Shown piece after piece: positions 61,337-64,000 of a stretch of DNA of 64,000 nt. The position numbers and the translations under genes were made by a program. Origin of the DNA: an uncultured Prochlorococcus sp. (GTDB lineage: Bacteria; Cyanobacteriota; Cyanobacteriia; PCC-6307; Cyanobiaceae); the NCBI GenBank assembly GCA_902565305.1, contig CACFEJ010000004.1:3967-67966 (forward strand), given 5' to 3'. The notes below the pieces were generated by a model. That model was not told the DNA's origin, ran no database searches, and saw nothing but the letters and a program-made list of their open reading frames with translations. Positions within the stretch are counted from its first letter, which is position 1. Each line of letters opens with the position of its first letter.

Positions 61337-63469
61337 TTAAAACTTCCATCCAACTCCAAGAGTATATCTCCAATCTCCACTTAGGTCCTTGCTAGCAACA
61401 TCCAATCTTAAAGGACCAATTGGTGTTTTAACTCCCACTCCCCCTCCAAGGGAAAAACCAGAACCTGATTTTTGCAATAATTTACCTGGTTTTCCAGGAA
61501 CCGCCTTTTGAGAGCCTAGATCACTTCCTGCATCGACGAATAAAGCTCCTGATATCATCCTCCAAACAGGAAATCTATATTCTGCTGTGCCCTCAACAAA
61601 ACTTTTACTTACAGATAAATCACAAGAACTCCAGCCTCTAACAGATGATGTTCCTCCCATACAAAATGCTTCGTAAGGAGGCAATTCCCCAATAATAGTT
61701 CCAGCCTTAAATTGAAATCCAATAGCTTGAGGACAGTCTTCACTTGTAGCATCGCCAGACTTACAGGCCTTAGTTAAATTTATTAATTTTGTTGGTACAA
61801 AAAACGAATATGAGGCTTTCATTCTATTAAAAGTTGGAGAGTTTTTCCCCACTGAAACAAATTGTTCGGTACCAAAGCTAAATTTATTTCCTGAAGTTGG
61901 GTTAACGGAATTGTTCAAATTGTTTCTTGATGTACTCGTAATAACACTCACTAATGTATTTTCTTCAGGGCAAGAACCATCATTTGGAGTAAATCCAATA
62001 CAAATAATGTCATTTATATTTCCTGTTGTTGGAGTAATATCACCATAAGGTTTTTTGTTTCCATCACCATCAATCATCTTTACTTTCTTAAAATTCATCC
62101 CTGCAAGAACTCTCCACTTAGAGACCTTAAATGGATCTCCACCATTTAATGGCCTTGAGAAAGAAAATCCACCTCCTGTTTTTTCTAAAACTATTGATGA
62201 AAAAGTATCAGAGGTTGAAGTACTAGTATCGTCTACAGCGTATATGCGCCCATTATTTTCACTTTTAAACTCTTGTGGATAATCTCTACTTAAAAATATA
62301 TTTGTTCTAAAAGATGTTTTATGTTTATCTCCTTTAATCCATGGATCAGATAATGAAAAATTATAGGTAGTTGAATATTCTCCAAAATTAAGATTTAAAT
62401 TTGTAGACCATGCTCTTCCTAGTGCATTCGTCTCTTGTAAACCTATTGAGGCGAAGATACCTGAACTATTGCTATAACCAAGTCCACCTGTTAATGATCC
62501 TGTTCTTTGCTCGCTCAAATCTAAAAAAATTATAACTTGACCAGGATTTAAATTATCAGGACCAAGAGAAACCTTTACATCATCAAATAATGATGTGGCA
62601 TAGAGTCTGCCGATATCAGCTTCTAAAATTTTTCTATTAAATATTTTACCAGGTCGTGTTTTTAATTCTCTCTTTATAACCCAGTCTTTTGTTTTCCCTT
62701 TCCTAGGTTTTCCATCAATAACAAATTCACCATCAGAATCTGGGAATCTTATTTTTACGTCAGAAATAATTCCCTCAGAAACTTCTAAAGTTACTACTCC
62801 ATCACTAGAGATTCTTTTGGGTCCATATATTCTAGCTAAAGAATAACCTTTTTTTTCATAACGTTTTTTTATTATTTCTATCTTATTTTGCAATTCATTT
62901 AAGTTAAGAGTTGTCCCATAATAATTATTAAAAATATCATCTACGTATTGATTGGAAATTACAGAGTTTATTGGTTTAAGTTCAACTTTCTTCAAAATTG
63001 GATTAGGTACTACATTTACTATTAGCCTCAAGCCTAGTGGCCCTTCTTGAGACTTTATTTTAACTCCTGAAAACCAACCACTAGCATATATTGCATTTAG
63101 GTCTTGATTTAAAATTCGATTATCAACAATACTTCCAGGCTTTATGCTCATAGAATCATATGCAGCCAATTCAAGTTTTCTACCTTCAGGATGATTTTCC
63201 CAACCTTCGATTATTATTTCTGAGATAAGAACACTTTCTTCACTAATATCATTATTGTTTTCTGCAATAAGCAATTTCTTATCTTTTTTTATATCAAAAC
63301 TTTGAGATAAATAATTATTGATATTAGGTATTTCTGAGATTTTTATTGATTGATCAACGTTTTTTGGCAAATACTTCGCAGCCAGTTCTGAATTATTTGA
63401 TATCAAAATCAAGGGAGAGCAGGCAACATTTGTGAAAACCTTTCCAAATTTTAAAAAATGTTTTTGCAT
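61337..63469 (-). CDS. bamA: BamA/Omp85 outer-membrane assembly protein
   Basis: POTRA repeats, SVRGW motif, TPIGPLRLD, C-terminal GWKF. Confidence 0.93.
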   Translation of the reverse strand: MQKHFLKFGKVFTNVACSPLILISNNSELAAKYLPKNVDQSIKISEIPNINNYLSQSFDIKKDKKLLIAENNNDISEESVLISEIIIEGWENHPEGRKLELAAYDSMSIKPGSIVDNRILNQDLNAIYASGWFSGVKIKSQEGPLGLRLIVNVVPNPILKKVELKPINSVISNQYVDDIFNNYYGTTLNLNELQNKIEIIKKRYEKKGYSLARIYGPKRISSDGVVTLEVSEGIISDVKIRFPDSDGEFVIDGKPRKGKTKDWVIKRELKTRPGKIFNRKILEADIGRLYATSLFDDVKVSLGPDNLNPGQVIIFLDLSEQRTGSLTGGLGYSNSSGIFASIGLQETNALGRAWSTNLNLNFGEYSTTYNFSLSDPWIKGDKHKTSFRTNIFLSRDYPQEFKSENNGRIYAVDDTSTSTSDTFSSIVLEKTGGGFSFSRPLNGGDPFKVSKWRVLAGMNFKKVKMIDGDGNKKPYGDITPTTGNINDIICIGFTPNDGSCPEENTLVSVITSTSRNNLNNSVNPTSGNKFSFGTEQFVSVGKNSPTFNRMKASYSFFVPTKLINLTKACKSGDATSEDCPQAIGFQFKAGTIIGELPPYEAFCMGGTSSVRGWSSCDLSVSKSFVEGTAEYRFPVWRMISGALFVDAGSDLGSQKAVPGKPGKLLQKSGSGFSLGGGVGVKTPIGPLRLDVASKDLSGDWRYTLGVGWKF

Positions 63470-63505
63470 AGTACTTTTTATTAAGATAAATAAGTCATTA
63501 TTTAT

Positions 63506-64000
63506 TTAACTAGGTTCAAGAAAATCATTTATTCTTTTGTGAATTTCACTATAAGCTTCAATTAGACCACCTAGATCATTCCTGAATCTATCTTTATCTA
63601 GGCTTACAATTGTATCATTTTTTTGGTTTAAATCCCAAAGCCTACAATTATCAGGACTTATCTCATCCCCTAGAAGAATATTATTTCTAAAATCATAACC
63701 AAACTCCAACTTGAAATCCACAAGTTGAAGTTGAATATTTTTAAAAAAACTTTTAAGGATTACATTAATTTTTAAGGTTAAATTAATTATGTAATCTAAA
63801 TCATCAGAGCTTAATATATTCATTAATTCAATTCTATCTTTTGTAAGAAGGGGATCATTAAGTTCATCATTTTTAAGATAGATATCAATTAATGGTTTTG
63901 ATAGAAAAGTTCCAGGTTTAATCGTAGTTTGTTTACACAAGGAACCATAAGCAGTATTTCTTAAAACAATTTCCAATGGAATTACTTTTATTTTTTTTGC
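63506..64000 (-). CDS. purC: SAICAR synthetase (5' end outside window)
   Basis: IPLEIVLRN, LVDFKLEFG, DEISPDNCRLWD, DKDRFR; frame open to the window edge. Confidence 0.95.
   Translation of the reverse strand, partial: AKKIKVIPLEIVLRNTAYGSLCKQTTIKPGTFLSKPLIDIYLKNDELNDPLLTKDRIELMNILSSDDLDYIINLTLKINVILKSFFKNIQLQLVDFKLEFGYDFRNNILLGDEISPDNCRLWDLNQKNDTIVSLDKDRFRNDLGGLIEAYSEIHKRINDFLEPS

Noticed and set aside
701-62282. Numerous 60-115 aa ORFs antisense to or nested in core genes (e.g. 4225, 8337, 15090, 21579, 31227, 34447, 36608, 47296, 50528)
   Set aside because: Fully inside well-supported genes, mostly mirror-frame shadows with no motifs
1-64000. Mobile elements, CRISPR arrays, prophage or defence islands
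   Set aside because: No integrase, transposase or cas genes, no regularly spaced repeats, no att duplications of the three tRNAs, no obvious compositional island

Overview
AT-rich (visually ~30% GC), very compact core-genome segment from a marine picocyanobacterium, most likely a high-light-adapted Prochlorococcus (TrmD-IspF fusion, Ni-SOD cluster, HLIP, ARC6/Ftn2, ClpR/ClpP, Omp85). It holds about 60 CDSs for housekeeping functions: cofactor synthesis, translation and tRNA modification, SRP, cell division, and lipid A and the envelope. It also holds three tRNAs (Leu-CAA, His-GTG, Gly-TCC) and the SRP RNA. I see no integrase, transposase, prophage, CRISPR array or recognisable defence island. 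The points most worth a second look are: two genes (sodX, trmH) whose conserved N-termini lie upstream of any ATG/GTG/TTG; a tRNA-Leu in frame with, and 5 nt upstream of, argD; an uncalled pair of coupled ~35-aa membrane microproteins behind a palindrome; a candidate MFS-MlaE-DUF3119-DUF3086-PlsY lipid module; an unknown membrane protein inside the ddl-ftsQ-ftsZ cluster; a possible pterin deaminase/oxidase pair beside folC; and an unusually long motif-bearing spacer between HU and glgX. All assignments come from motif and family recognition, with no database search.
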